From Octopus vulgaris (lineage: Eukaryota), in contig OX597824.1 in assembly GCA_951406725.2 (NCBI GenBank), forward strand, positions 47,244,001-47,308,000: a stretch of DNA of 64,000 nt, read 5' to 3'. Shown here piece after piece: positions 35,815-50,364 of the stretch (positions within the stretch are counted from its first letter, which is position 1; the number at the start of each line of letters is the position of its first letter). The translations under genes and the position numbers were made by a program. Under the pieces are notes generated by a model that was not told the DNA's origin, made no database searches, and saw only the letters and a program-made list of their open reading frames with translations.

Positions 35815-37285
35815 TAATTTTCGGTTCAAAGCTAGCAATTTTGATGGGAGAGGTAAGGTACTCAACTGGTAGTAATTTTATCAACCCTTAGAAGGATGAA
35901 CAACATAAATTACCTCAGCAAGATTTGAACTCAAAATATAGGGTGAGAAGAAATACCAGTAAACATGTTCTTTGGCATGCTAATAATTCTGACAGCAAGT
36001 AGCCATAATAATAATCCTTTCTACTCAAGGCACTAGGTCTGATATTTGGGAGGAGGGGACTAGTCAATCACATCAACCCCAGTGTTTCACTAGTACTTAA
36101 TTTATTGACTCCAAAAGGATGAAAGGCAAAGTTGACTTCGGAAGAATTTGAATAGCAATGGACGAAATTCCTATTTCTTTATTATCCACAAGGGGCTAAA
36201 CATAGAGGGGACAAACAAGGACAGACAAAGGTATTAAGTCGATTACATCGACCCCAGTGCGTAACTGGTACTTAATTTATCGACCCCGAAAGGATGAAAG
36301 GCAAAGTCAACCTTGGCGGAATTTGAACTCAGAATGTAACAGCAGACGAAATACCACTAAGCATTTCATCCAGCATGCTAACGATTCTGCCAGCTCACCA
36401 CCTTAATAATAATAATAACACTCCTTTCTACAATAGACACAAGGCCTGAAATTTTTGGGGAGGGGGTTAATCAATTACATCGATTCCATTGTTTCACTGA
36501 TATTTAATTTGACCCCAAAAGGATGAAAGGCAAAGTGAACCTTGGCAGGATTTGAACACAGAATGTAGTGACAGGCAAAATGCTGCTAGACATTTTGCCC
36601 AGCATGCTAACAATTCTGCCAGGGCGATCTTTCGTCTCTAGTAGACCTTTCTGTCGATTTCCGTAAAAAAATTTTTTTTTTTTTACATATGGGCTTGTGG
36701 GAACTTTTGAAGTAATGAGAGCGAAAGAGACTAAGAGAAAGCGATTGTATGACGAGGGAAGTTCTTTTGAAGTTACCATCCAGGGGAAGCATTGATGTAC
36801 ATGTGTGTGTGTGTGCGTGTTTGATGGGGTGTGGGAGACAGACAGTATGTTGTGTAAGTGAAATGCTTCTGTTAGTGTGTGTGAAGAGACAGAGTAATGT
36901 GTGAAAGAAAGAGATAACTGAAATTTTTTACTCGGTGTAAGTGTTTATGTATGTATATTACTTCAAAAGTTCCCGCAAGCCCATATGTAAAAAAAAAAAT
37001 TTTTTACAGAAATCGACGGAAAGGTCTACTAGAGACGAAAGATCGCCTTCTGCCAGCTCACCGCCATAATAATAATCCTTTCTACTGTAGGCACAAGGCC
37101 TGAAACTTTGGGGGAGGGGATAGTCCAATTACATCAACCCCAGTGTTCCACTGGTACTTAATTTATCAATCCGGAAGGATGAAAGGCAAAGTTGACCTTG
37201 GCAGAATTTGAACTCAGAAAGTGAAGACAGACAAAATACCACTAAGTATTTCACCCAGTGTGCTAGTGATTCTGCCAGCTCACCA
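35815..37285 (-). mobile_element. Array of about five head-to-tail family A SINEs with (AAT)n spacers
   Basis: Repeated GGATGAAAGGCAAAGT.GACCTTGGC.GAATTTGAAC cores; one copy is split by a MULE MITE. Confidence 0.85.
36623..37047. mobile_element. Mutator (MULE)-type MITE, 425 bp, ~92-bp TIRs, 9-bp TSD
   Basis: TTCTGCCAG at 36614-36622 and 37048-37056. TIR GGCGATCTTTCGTCTCTAGTAGACCTTTC...GAACTTTTGAAGTAAT is mirrored at 36957-37047. Removing the element restores the SINE. Confidence 0.9.
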
Positions 37286-37289
37286 AAGA

Positions 37290-37860
37290 CAAATTGCTAA
37301 CAATTTAGAGAGCAAATACAGAATCTGTGGTAAACAAGATGAAAGTATTAATCATCTCTAAAATGAATGCAGCACAGGCATGACTATGCAGGTAAGAGTG
37401 CATTGGGATGTTAGTCAAGTGTGGGGTTTCAAAGTAACAGAAATGTAATACGAAATGGCTGTGATGGTGAATAATAATTACAAGCTTTTATGTGATTTTC
37501 CATAAAGACTGACCATATTATTGAAGCAAGGAGACCAGATATAATTGTAGAGTGGGGGGAAACAACAGTATATGATCACAGACTTTGAATGGCAGATGTT
37601 AATAGAATGGATACCAAAGAAACAGAAAACTGAGAAATACCAGGACTTAACCAGAGAAATAAAGAGATTATGGAAGACAAAGGTGACAGTTGTTCCTGTT
37701 GTAATTAACGCACTTGGTACAACACCCAAACTGCAACCTAAGAGGCTGAAGGATATTAGAACTGAGATACATATTGTTAAACTGCAGAAAAGTACCATCC
37801 TGTATTCTGCAAGAATCCTGAAAAAAAAGATTCTGAAGTTTTGAGGAGACTTGTTGTTAC
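37290..37860 (+). mobile_element. R4/Dong-like (restriction-like endonuclease) non-LTR retrotransposon 3' fragment
   Basis: RICGKQDESINHL..EC...RHD zinc-knuckle region, RPDII and KTEKYQDL..EIKRLW...VVPVVINALG motifs, with stops and frameshifts. Confidence 0.82.
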
Positions 37861-37939
37861 TAAACCTTAAGATAACATCCCTGCTAACTAAACTAGCATG
37901 TCATAGCTTTATGATATTGTTATTATTATTATCATCATC

Positions 37940-38120
37940 CAAAAGTAGTGGAGTCACAGAAATGATAGAGAACCATAAAGTGTTCTTTTACATGAGTTCA
38001 AATCCCAACAAGGCTTACGTTGCTTTAAATCCTTCTTGGGTCAATACAGAGTCAATTCAATAAACATCTGCCTCTACAAATTTGTGGCCTCATATCAAAG
38101 CTGGAAACTACCATTATTAA

Positions 38121-38156
<36 letters not shown>

Positions 38157-38625
38157 GGCGGTGAGCTGGCAGAATCACTAGCACACTGGATGAAAAGCTT
38201 AGTGGTATTTCACCCATTGCTACATTCTGGGTTCAAATTCCACCAAGGTCAACTTTGCCTGTCATCCTTTTGGTGTCAATAAATTAAGTACCAATGTAAC
38301 ACAGGGATGGGATTAATGCAATCAACTAGTCCCCTCCCACAAAATTTCAGACCCTGTACCTTTAGTAGAAAGGATTATATTATCATTATTGTTAAGGTGA
38401 TGAGCTGGCAGAATCATTAAAACATCACACAAAATGCTTAGCAGCATTTCTTCCAATTTTTTATGCTCTGAGGTCAAATTTTATGAAGATTGACCTTGCC
38501 TTCCATCCTTTCAGAGTTAATAGAATAAGTACCAGTTCACCACTGGGGAGAGGGTGGGGTCAATGTAATCAGCTTTCCCCTCCCCTCAAAAAAAGTTGGC
38601 CTTGTGCCAAAATTAGAATGAACTA
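37940..38625 (+). mobile_element. Two to three family A SINEs in tandem with (TTA)n spacers
   Basis: AAGG(C/T)G(G/A)TGAGCTGGCAGAATC heads at 38155 and 38394, plus a degenerate copy from 37940. Confidence 0.82.
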
Positions 38626-39425
38626 TTATTATTATTATTAACTTTTTGCAGTTTTGTGAGACTTATTCACAGCTTCAATCAGTGCACTTCTGTTAATGTA
38701 GTTTAACATTAAATCAATCCCAGTCAGGAGAACCTATGATCAAGGCATTCCAGCCATGGCCACCTCATCATATAAGAGTATATCTAGGATTATATTATCT
38801 AATATGTCTGTTCTGTACAGAGTGTGCAAAGACCTAATTCATAATTTTTTCCCCTAAAACACTGACAAAAATAATTACCTAAGTATTGCAATCAAAGTGA
38901 TTAACTGGAACATTTTGAAGAAAGTACATTAACATGGCTACAGTCAAAAGACTGATATCAACAAAAGAATGCAGTCTGTTCTAGGGTCTGGTAGAACTCG
39001 TATCAATTCCATTTTTTCATACGATATGACTGGATATCAAGTAGACTTTAATTAGAAGGCATCTCTTCTGATCTAGCAAATAAAAGATTTTGTGTAATGT
39101 CTTCTATCTGATACAAGGCAGATTTAACTGCTATTTTCACAGGTTGAGTGAACACAGAGAAGCTGTTATATGAGAGAGATTTGGCTATTATTTCTAGCAG
39201 ACTAAATAGTCACATAGTAGCTCTTCAGGGTTCCTGGTATGTATATTAATGTCTTCTCAGGAATGGGATGATGCTTATCTTCCTCCCAGATGATATTTTG
39301 ATTTTAAAAAAAAATCAAGATATCTGGCAGAGTGCTAGAGTTTTCCTTTATTATGATACCTAGAAATTGCTGGGGCAGTTCACTTTGATCTTTTGTCAGC
39401 TCTGCTAGAAACACAACTCCAATAG

Positions 39426-39573
39426 CAGGTATCGACAACTTTTTTTAACAAGCAGGCTGCATGAGACATGGATCATCATCAGGCAAACCACACTAACAAA
39501 ATTCAAGGTAATTTTTTGTTATTATTATATAGTCATTCACAAAGTCCCATGGGCTGCAGGTTGCCCATGACTG
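39426..39573. mobile_element. Possible degenerate hAT-type MITE
   Basis: Imperfect termini CAGGTATCGACAAC ... GTTGCCCATGACTG. No clear TSD. Confidence 0.35.
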
Positions 39574-41454
39574 TTGCAGAGTGTTGTAATTATATCATTG
39601 TTTTGTAACCAGATTTAATGTCTACTTGTACCATTTATTTTGATTTTACATGGAAGTGTTTGTATATTGCCAAATTAATATGTGAATGTTTTCCATTTTT
39701 GTGAAGCATGGGCAGCCAAAAAGCGAGGTAATTAATCTTTTCTTCATGTAGATTTTAGAACCTGTAGTTGATGCTAACCTCTTATTTTATTTTATTGTTT
39801 TGGTGATTTTTGTAGCTAAGCATTGATCTGGTCCATCTATAATTAAACCTTCTGTTTCTGTGTTTAGTCCAGAGCTTTGAGCTTTTGTGAATATTCATAA
39901 TTGCTCACTTCCTCTCTGTTCAAGCTTGCAGGATATCAACCATGGGAAAGCTGGGCTGTTTTTCTTTTTTTCATTTAGTATATTTCCATTTTTATTGTAT
40001 TATTTGCTTTATTTATCCTTCTTTTGTGCAATTAACTTCTTTTTTTTTATTTGTATTTTGTGTCCTTATATAAAGAGAAAAATCTGAGGGTTTTTTTCCA
40101 TATTTCTTTATACTAATCTACTTTTGTTTGCTATTATTTTTCTTGATGCACAGTAGTTACTTTACAATATTCTGTATTTATATCAGATCTCTTCTTCTTT
40201 GTACATGTGGTAGTTTCCTAGTTTTCCTGTCTAAGTTCTACTGCTTACTCACCTTCCAATTTATTGTATTGAAGCTGTGGTTTTTAACTTGGAGTTTTAA
40301 TTTATTTATACCTGTTAAGTACTTGCAGGGATGACTGTTGTAATTCCTTGATATCAGTGTCTAAATCTTATTCTAAAGTTTTTATTTAATAAATTTACCT
40401 CTTCTTGGAATGGTACTGATGCATTTGTTCAATCCCTCATTTTGATATCATAGCTGACTTCATGTTGAATTGTAGTAGGCTCTCTATATTAGTGTTGATT
40501 TTTCTAAATGGTTTTCGAATCATTCTTGTAAAGAAGGTGGCTTATAGTCTGTCAATGGAATTTATGACCATTGGTAGTTTGATTCAACAGTGATTTGGAT
40601 AATAGTTGGGACACAGCTTCCCTTCCTTTAAGGATAAAGCTGGCTTTTATTACCTTTGTCTTACAGTACTACTGATGCTTTCCATTTTCACATGGTGTGA
40701 TGGATATATTATCACAGTATTAGGCTACTGTTTGTATACAATGCCACATTCATAAGCTTAATAAACGTATCTTACTGTAAAATGGAGCCTAACTGTGTTG
40801 ACACTAATTATTCATAAACAATTTCAATCCTGTATAAATTATGTAAATGAAAATATACCACACACAGATTTAACATTTTTATAAGTTGTTCTATGCTACT
40901 TTCATCTGGAAGCAATCAGTGGTAAGTCTTAAGGAAGATGAAACAAGTCAGTTTGATCCTCATTCAAAGCTGTCAATATTAGGCTTGTGGTTTAACTACA
41001 TGGCTTTATCTCACAGAAAAGCTAAGTATATATTTATCAAGCTTATGGATATGATACTGCATGCATATTTATTTATAATCCCACACTGTATTGGTAGTCT
41101 AGTTATTTACTTTATATACATATATAAAGTGTCTCCAACATTTAAGTGTGTGATAAGTTCTCTGTAAGTTTTGGTTTCTTCATTTTTCTCACATCCATAT
41201 ATATATTTCTGACAGTACTTTTGCTCTTCTGGTAAAATCAGTCTCAAAGGTCTGAGAGTTCATGATGTTTTTGCTTTGGAGAATTGATCTTATTTTCTCT
41301 TCAAGTAACCAGTCAGGTGCTGATTCATTACAAGGTGTACAGCAGAAATTGCCTTGTTTACATCCTTTAAAACCCCATCATGACTGACTTCACTTTTCAT
41401 TTCCCTGGACTCAATAAAATATATTTTTTTTAAAATTGATCTTATACCACAGAA

Positions 41455-41793
41455 CTTTTCCTTTCATCTTTTTTGTAGGGGTCAATAAAATAAAGTACCA
41501 GACAAGTATCAAAACTGATGGTATCAACTAACCCCTTCCATTCTAAATTACTGGACTTGTGCCAAAATTTGAAACCACTACATTGACAACTTGACAGAAT
41601 TGTTAGAGCTCAGGAAAATTTATTTTGCAGTATTTCTTCTGACTCACGACATTCTGAATTCAAATTCAGCCGAGGTGGTTTACCTTTCATCTTTTTGGGG
41701 TCAATAGAAAAGTACCAGTTGAGCAGTGGGATCCATGAAATCGACTATACACCCTCCCTTAAAATTGCTAACCATGTACCAACATCTGAAACC
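41455..41793 (+). mobile_element. Two degenerate family A SINEs
   Basis: GGGGTCAATA.AA..AAGTACCAG cores occur twice. Confidence 0.7.
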
Positions 41794-42689
41794 ATTATTA
41801 TATTTATATAGTTATATATTATCATATAAAATAAAAAAACTATTTGAACAAAAAATCTCCATGTATGCAGAAAGTTCCTGGGCCAGATCTAAAAATTACA
41901 CCAGTACCCTATAAATAATGTATTTCATATATTATTTATATTCAGGCACTCTTCCCTTCAAAATGGTCCCCTAAGAAACACACACACATGCCTCAAAAAT
42001 GCCACAAAGTCCTCCTCTTGAAGCTAAATCAATACCTCCTGAATTCTGCTTTAATTTCATCTACCATCGCAAAGACACACTCCTTAAGCTTCAATTTCTT
42101 TTTGGAAACACAATGAAGTCATTGTAGGGGTAGCTTAGACAAATTCCAAGGGTGTAGAATGGTCACCAGTTTGTTCTTTGTCAAAAACTGTGCCATGTTA
42201 TTCAGGATTTCTGTAAGAATCTAATACAGAATTGTTAGACACCAGTCCTCATGAGTTCATGGATTTTTTTTCCTACATTTTCTGGCATCTTTCTAGTAAT
42301 TGGTGGCACTGAACACTGATCATCTTCAGGTGACATACAACTAGCTTTTGATATACACCTGCTACTCAAAAACTATGATCAACCTAAAGAATATTCACCA
42401 AAAGCCTGATGAACATGAAGTATTTCAAGGGTCTCAAAAGCAGATTTGTCAAGTTTAAAGCAAAATTGTATCCAATTATGTTACTCATAAAAATTGCAGA
42501 GCTATTCCAAAGCAATATTAAACTTTCCATAATAATTGAAGATGAGCAAGAAGCCTGTTTGTAAAACTGATTTAGTAGGCTGGCTCCCAATGATCTTCAG
42601 CTGCACATGCTCATCTGTTGAACACTAAAATCACATGTGTGTGGGGGGAATACATGTGTGCAAGCATGTGTGGGGGGGGGGTTGATATA

Positions 42690-42923
42690 CAAGGGGGTGC
42701 TGAAAAGTTTCTGGCTTTGGGTAAAAGAAAACACAGGAGGATCAGTTAATTATGATTTTATCCAATAATTATGATTTTATCCAATATATTTCCTTCTCAA
42801 ATTCATACACTTATTGCAGTAATCCTCCAGTTTTTCTAAGCCAAGTAAAAGAATTGGAAGGTCTGGCTTCGAACTAGGCCTTTCACGATATCCTTAAAGC
42901 CAGGATCTTTTCAGCACTCCTCC
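42690..42923. mobile_element. Mariner-derived MITE
   Basis: Inverted termini TA|CAAGGGGGTGCTGAAAAGTTTCTGGCTTT ... AAAGCCAGGATCTTTTCAGCACTCCTCC, with an internal ~19-bp tandem duplication. Confidence 0.7.
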
Positions 42924-44379
42924 ATGATAAACATATTATCATTGTGATTTCATGTCTGATTAAATTTTTTCCCTATGCTGACATATGTTTGTTGGATCAT
43001 AAAATGTCTCATAATTTGTTGGCATCCTTCATCAGTTGGCATATATATGTGATGGTGATGATGGAATACAAGATAGTGGACGTTACTTCTCAATTTACAA
43101 AGACCTCTTTTCCTCTCTGACCTCTGCATTTGTTGTCAACCTTGCACAAAAAAATTTTGAACTTTTCGACTCTTTAGTTAAGCCAATGTTATATCAACTC
43201 AGTCACCAATTTCCCAAAGTAGTAGTAGCAGTAATAGTAAAAATAACAATTATTTCTCTTATTTGCCACAAGGACAGTAGATTGGGATGATGGTGATAAA
43301 AATGTAGAAAAAAATGAGGGTTAAATGATGATGAAGTACAAACAATGGCAACAACAATATTGATGACAATGAAAATAGGACAGCAGCAACAATAATGATA
43401 ACAGCAATGGAAGCATCAAAAACAAGGATGAAAAATGGCTACATTACCAACAACAAGAAAATGGTTATGACAACATTGATAACGGCAACAACAGACCCTG
43501 GTTAAAGAAACATCAGTAGTAAATTTATGAAGGACATAAAACCTTTCAAAGTAAATTGTTGTAGCAATCCAACTTCACATATTTCCTGTATGTGGTTTTC
43601 AGTGTATTATTGGTCAAGTCCAACCTTATTTGTGTCTTAGGTAATCTAAGTAGTGAGGAAACAATGTTACTTTTGCTTTTTTTTGAAAATGTTGAGATGA
43701 TAGGATTAGGGTATTGTGGCCAAGTCACATAGACTTGCATGTGGTTCTGTTCACCTACATTTTGTAGTAACTGTTTATATTCAAGGTTAGCTCTAATCAA
43801 GCAGAGCTATGATCAAAGGTGTTCCAAATGTGGCTATCTCATCTGACTGTTTCAGGTATTTCAACCACAATGGATTGCTGCCACCAATTTTAGTGTTTGT
43901 CATGGACCTTGGAACATAAATATTTTATCTTCTTTATTTTTTATACATTTTTTTCTTAATTCCCATAGAATTTACTGTAAATTTACATTTCTTTGCTTTG
44001 TATTGAAATATTAACTTGATTATTACTGTAAGCCACATTATTCTAAACAATGTTTCATTAGCTTTTAGAATTAAGTCAACTCCTCCTGTAGTTATATCTT
44101 GGACAATGAAGGGCTCAAGATAACCTAGTCTAAATACACTTCATGAAAACTGAAGCACTATTCGTATCATGTAAACACCACCATACCATACCTCTCGAAT
44201 CATAAGCAACATTTTACTACAGCCCTCATAAGTGTTTTAAATGCTGGGCCCAATATACCCAAGGATCTCTCCTGAAAAAGGTACATCTTTAGCATAACTT
44301 GGATCTAGACCTTTTCTTCAGGGCAGGAAGCCCTTTTCTTTAAGGCAGGAAGATATTTCAATCTCCAACAGCAGCTGAC

Positions 44380-44790
44380 TTTCAATGGAGTACTGTGCCT
44401 ATATCTAGGATGGTATAGCGGCTACACACACTATTTTGGATTGCATTCAGAGAAAAGTCACTTGGTTGACTAGCATCCCATCACTAATAGACACACTCTA
44501 GTCTCTGGTTCACAAACATACTGTCCCCTTTCTCTTTTTTCTATTGCTACTATAATGGTCTCTTCTCCATGGAACTAAATGATATCTGCATCACTCAGGT
44601 ACCTCCAAGCCATTTATCTCTCCAACTCTCATCACTTTAATTGCATCTAACCACTACTTTACCACTACTTTAAATCATTTCCCCAGAACATTAGCTCCCT
44701 CAAATCTTCTCCCTGCTCACATCTTTCCTGCAGGCACTGACCTACAACAGCTTAAAAGGCAAGAGATCTTTCCTCCAGACTTAACATGTA
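44380..44790 (+). mobile_element. Degraded CR1/L2-group LINE 3' fragment
   Basis: Residual MEYCAYI*DG and SFPRT...LP.HIFP...DLQQLK-like peptides. Confidence 0.45.
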
Positions 44791-46121
44791 GAAGTTCTTG
44801 AGAAATGCTTGAGCGACTATATGAGTTCTGTAATTCACTAATAACATTAAAACACCACTACAGAGAGGTTATTGTTGGTATAAACAGTGGTGAGCTGTAC
44901 TAAATACTACAATTTCTAACTCAGTAGGCCACTTCTTTGCATTTAATTCATATCAGGAAATACAGCTTAGTATTTCATCTATAAGGAAGACATTGATAAA
45001 ATAAATACCAGTTATACTATGTGGTAAATTCAGTCAATTATATGCCTGAAAAATATTGGTATTGTGCCTAAGTCAGAAATCATTATTATAGCTCTGAATG
45101 GCTTAATTATTAGAGTACAAATACTGTGTGGTTTAAAAATAAACATACTGTTTCTCAGATTCACTCACCTCTTATATGCATAAAAGTTTGTATATTTATT
45201 TATTCATAACCCACACTGTATTGGTATTCTAGTAATTATTACATGCTGAATTGGTTTGAAACAAGTTTAGCTATCACTTGCAAGTATGACCTGGTAGTTT
45301 GTGCCAAGCTGTTATTTTCAATGCTTGTGTGGTCATGAGGAGATATTGACACTCGCTGAAACATGTCAACTTTGACCCAGCAGAATATCAAGGATCTGAG
45401 AGCTAAAGGAAGAGAGAGAGAGATTCCCCAGCAGATACTCATTTTCAGATGAGCATACCTGGAGCAACAAGAAATAAAGTACCTTTCTCAAGGACACAAC
45501 ATACTACCCAGTCCAAGAAACAAACCCAAGACTTCACAGTCATGAGCTCCATGTGCTAACCATTAGGTTATGTGCCTTCACACATGTTTTGCCCACATTT
45601 TATGCAGTTTAATAGTGAGAAGTGAGCATATCTAGATGAACTGCTAAATAACAATAAACTCAGTTGGCTCAATAACCACATAATTTGTCCAAATGACTCA
45701 ATGAAACTATGAGACTAAATACCTGAGGACAGAAGTTGATATGTTTGTTTATTCGTGATTGATTTAACATTTCCCCTTATAAGAGTCAATAAAATAAGTA
45801 CCTGTTGCATATTGGAACTAATTCAATCAACTATGCTTCTCCCATACAAATGTCTAACCTTATGTCACCATCATCATTATCATTAAACATCCGCTATCCA
45901 TGATGGCATAGGTTGAATGGTTTGACAGGAGCTTGTCAGGCAGAAGACTGCACCTGGTTTCAGTGTCTGTTTTGGCATGGTTTTTATGGCTGGATGCCTT
46001 TCCTAACACCAACCATCCCACAGAGTAAGATATTATTAGCCACAGGAAAATACAGTAGGGCACCAGCCTAAACACTGTATACTATCCAGCATATTGTATC
46101 ATACTTCTGTATTAGACTCAC

Positions 46122-46145
46122 CTTAGCAATTCAATCCTTCTGGAG
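46122..46145 (-). CDS. Candidate 24-nt RMDN micro-exon (phase 2 to 2; SRRIELL)
   Basis: tttttaacag|CTCCAGAAGGATTGAATTGCTAAG|gtgagt has strong splice sites. Only phase 2 is stop-free, which is the phase exon 27737 requires. Confidence 0.5.
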
Positions 46146-49100
46146 CTGTTAAAAATAACTGCTCATAAAATAATGAAGATGACAAGCTTACCTATTCTAA
46201 TATTATAAGTGTTGTTGAACTTCACAAATCATTTCATTTACCTTCATTATTAGTGTCATATGTGCTCTTATAGAAGAAATTTCTTAACAGATAGAGCCTT
46301 CAGTGTTCTCCTGCAGCAGGTTAACTTTCCATAGGAAACAAGAACCTTACTAACAGTCAAATTTACAAACCCACAACTCGATGAACCAAGGAAGCATCTG
46401 TAATTTGAAACTGTATGACATATGCACTGAACCATTGCATCAAACCAATCTAAATTTGTAGACCTATCCAAACAGTATTAGTATTGAAAATAAACATAAA
46501 ATGAAAGGAAAGTTTTCTTCACAGAAAAAAAATAATATATAAAAGTTAGATGTATGCATGTATACATGATCTTTGTGTGTGCATGCATGTGTGCATGCAT
46601 GCATGTATGTGCATGTGTGGACATCCATGTGTACATATTCATTAGTGAGCATGTGCATTTGCAGGTGCAATCATCAAGTGTACATAAAAATATACATATG
46701 TGCATGAATATATATTTGTGTACATATAAGCACGCATTCATGAATACACGACTTCATGAATATATGCATGCTTATGCATACACTGAATCAGTAACTGGGT
46801 CGTTGGGAAAAAATAAGTGAATGCCATGTGTTTGTCAAGGTAAAGTTCAACACTGTTACAGTGTGACTAACTCAAAAACAGATTATATTATTACTTACTT
46901 GAATGATTTATACTCGAAGATGAAAACATGTCAAAGCCTTTGTGTTTTTCAAAAATTGAAACATGATAATAATACCTAAAAACTAATTCAGATTTTATTC
47001 TTTAATTTCAATGCTAGAATGAGGACAACTGAAATATTTAACATTAACCATGTCTCCCACGTTTCTTACTCCATTCTACTCAATCCTAATTGGAGAAATT
47101 TAGCAGTTACTGCCCCTGAACAGTAGTCAACACCAACCTTTGCATATCTTGGTGATTTTTAAAGCTATACACCTTGTATTCTATTACATACCAACAAAGC
47201 CTACAAGCAGGTCACCACAAACTTTTCAAAAGTATATTGCAATCCTTCAATACAGACATTACTGAAAATTCTATGGATATAAATAGATTGAAGTGTAAAC
47301 TGATTATCTCAACGGTGGTTATTATCAACACTGTTGTAACACTGCTGGAGATTGGAAACAAAAAAAAAAAAGAAACAATTCAGATTTAAAAAAAAAACAG
47401 CTGCTCATCTCAACAACAATTATCAAGCTTTCACTACAAACACCATTAAGCTGCAAAAAAGTTAATTCCAACTATAATTATTATCAAACTTTTACTGCAA
47501 ACATCACCAGATTCCCAACAACAAAAAAATACAAAATAATTTTTGTTCTTTTAAAAATGGACTACAAGCTGATCAATTCAACTACAATTATCATCAAATT
47601 TTTGGGCAGTAAATTGAATGCATCATATCTGCACAACCAAATACTTGCTTGATAATATACAGCATGTTTCTATAACAGAGTAAGTTGTTCGCTATAGTAG
47701 AGTGAGTTGTTTGCACAAGCTGACTAGGTTACTTCAGAAACAAGAATTTATATAGGGCATAATGAATGTTATATTTATATATAATATCACTTAAGACAAA
47801 AATAATCTGTTATATTGCTGATACTTTAAAAATCTTTGCTGTAGTTTCTATCTGACCAATAAAGAACAACAGACTCAAGTTGGTTCCGTAACATGTAAAT
47901 TCTATCAAACCAAATTATTCTAAATAAAGTTGGATATTAGCATATCTGTAATATTCTAGGAATAGAAAATAGTGTATATTTTTCTTTGCCAACAACTGTA
48001 CCAACTAAGTTATCTAAACATACAGATATAAAACACATAAGAACATATGCATGTTAAAAAAGAGAAAGAGAGGGGAAAATTTATAAAAGTAGAAGTGGAA
48101 TGTATATGATGCTTTTCAGAATTCAAAACATTCCTACCACCTCACTCTTTAGTTATCAAGGTAAGATAATGTTTTAAGCATTTTTATCAATAGTTAAATC
48201 TGCACAGATAAGGCAGTAACAACAGCATTTTCTAAGGTCTTGCCTCCTAGACTGGGATGTAAGAATAATTGTAAGACTACTAACCTACAATTGTTCATTT
48301 TGAATAAATGAAGGTTAGCAGGTGTAAGTAAGACATGTGAGAAGAAACTAGATCAAGATAAATACAATAATAGAAGTCAGAATAGTCAGAAGAATTCTGT
48401 AAATAAATTAGCAAAAAATAGAAAACTTAAAACCAACAGCTTCTGTTCTATCACTTGTATTATTTATCTTCCATCATAGCTATCTTTCATCAAATGTTCA
48501 CAAGAAACATTAAATGTTTATCCCTTTCAACATACTTTTGTTAACACTTGTAATGGACAGCTATAAGCAATAATTCTTTACAAACAATGTTTTAACCCTT
48601 TGAAGATAACAATTAAGGCTTCTACCATTTTTATATTCAGAAATTTTAGAGCAGTTCTGAAAGGAACACACTATAACAAATTGAAAATGCATAGTTGAGC
48701 AGAAAATAAGATTTGATCTTAGTTATATCTGAATCTTCTGTCATTACTTTAATCTTCTGCTGAAAAAGTTTAAAATGATAAATACTCAATACCAACACTT
48801 TAAAGAGTTAAAAGGTATAAAAATGATGTGAGTGAGGGATCAAAATTTGAAGTGACAAGTTTACTTTAAAACTGCAGATTTAATGGCAACTATATTAAAG
48901 AACTGAATTACCAATGTAAAACTGAACAAAGACAATTAGCTAGCATTATCTTTTCCTTTTTTTACTTGTTTCATTCATTGGACAGCAGCCAAATGAAGAG
49001 CCCCAGTACTTTTTAAACACAGAGTTATATACATATAATGGGCTTCTTTCAGTTTCTGTCTACTAAATCTACTCACAAGGCTTTGGTGAGCCCAGGTTTA

Positions 49101-50364
49101 TTGCAGAAGACATTTGCCCAAGGTGCTACACAGTGGGAGGGACTAAATCTGACACAATGTGGTTGAGAAGCAAATTTCTTACTGCACAACCATGCCTGCG
49201 TCTAAGTTCAACTGCATGATATTTTATAGAATTAAATCTACACTACATCATCTTAGCATCATTATTGCAATAATGTCCTTTCATTTTTCCTGGGTAGCAT
49301 AAGTTAGAGAAGTCTTCAGAATAAACAGTATTCATTCAGCTAAACCACACTGCACACAATGGTACATTTGAAACAACTAAACTTTTTCTATTAGAATATT
49401 TTTCAAGGAGCCTAAAACAACAATATAAAGAACATTAAATACATGAATTTTTGCAACAATAACAAAATAGATGGCAAAAATCAATTGATCTCTGTTCCTG
49501 TACAAATGCAATGATATTATATTATAATCAGATCTTAAATTTACCACCTCTCTTTAAAAAAAAGTTTCATGTATAGAAAAAGTGAAATTGTAGAATAAAA
49601 GTGAAACTAACTCGTGGCAATTCTAAACAACAAATGGATTGTTTTATTATTAATGAGAATGAAACAATCCCTCTATGTTTTGGCTTCAAATCATGCCAAG
49701 TTTAGTTTGGACATTTGCCTCATTGAGGTCAATAAGATAAATGCCAGGCATGTACTGTGATCAATTAAATTGAATTTATCCATCTTTTAAAGAAAATATG
49801 ACCTTGTAGCAACATGAACAATTGTTTTTATTATTATCATTATTATTATTGCAATCCTGAAGAGTTCAAAAGCACAAATCAACTATAGTCAAATATAGCA
49901 GAATTTAAACATGACAACATGATGCACCAGATATAGTATCTACATTGATTCTGCTTGGCTTCTCAACTAATTAGTTGAGAATTTTTATAATAGATTATTA
50001 TATAGATCATTGGAGATTACATACACATACACACCAAAATATTACATTTAAATATATTCTTTATTTCACTGAATAAACAATCCAAGAGTAGTGAAAGAGA
50101 CAATATAATTTAACATCAAAAAGAAAAAAAGCAATTAGCTGGTGTGAAAAAAATAGAAACTTTAAAACATTAAGTAAACAGGAATTGAAGAGAATATTTC
50201 TCTTTTTCCAATCATAACTATTATCATTTTAATTCCAAAGAGTGACAAGATAACAGTGAAAAGATAGAGTGATCCAAGCTTAAGACAACACAAGTACAAC
50301 ATCCAAGTGCAGGAATATCTCTATTAGGGTTCAGATATCCCCTAAAAGTCATGATATCAGTTAC

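Noticed and set aside
37290-37930. R4/Dong-like LINE as the mobilising partner of the AAT-associated SINEs
   Set aside because: No shared 3' tail is visible between the LINE fragments and the SINE, so the proximity alone is not evidence.
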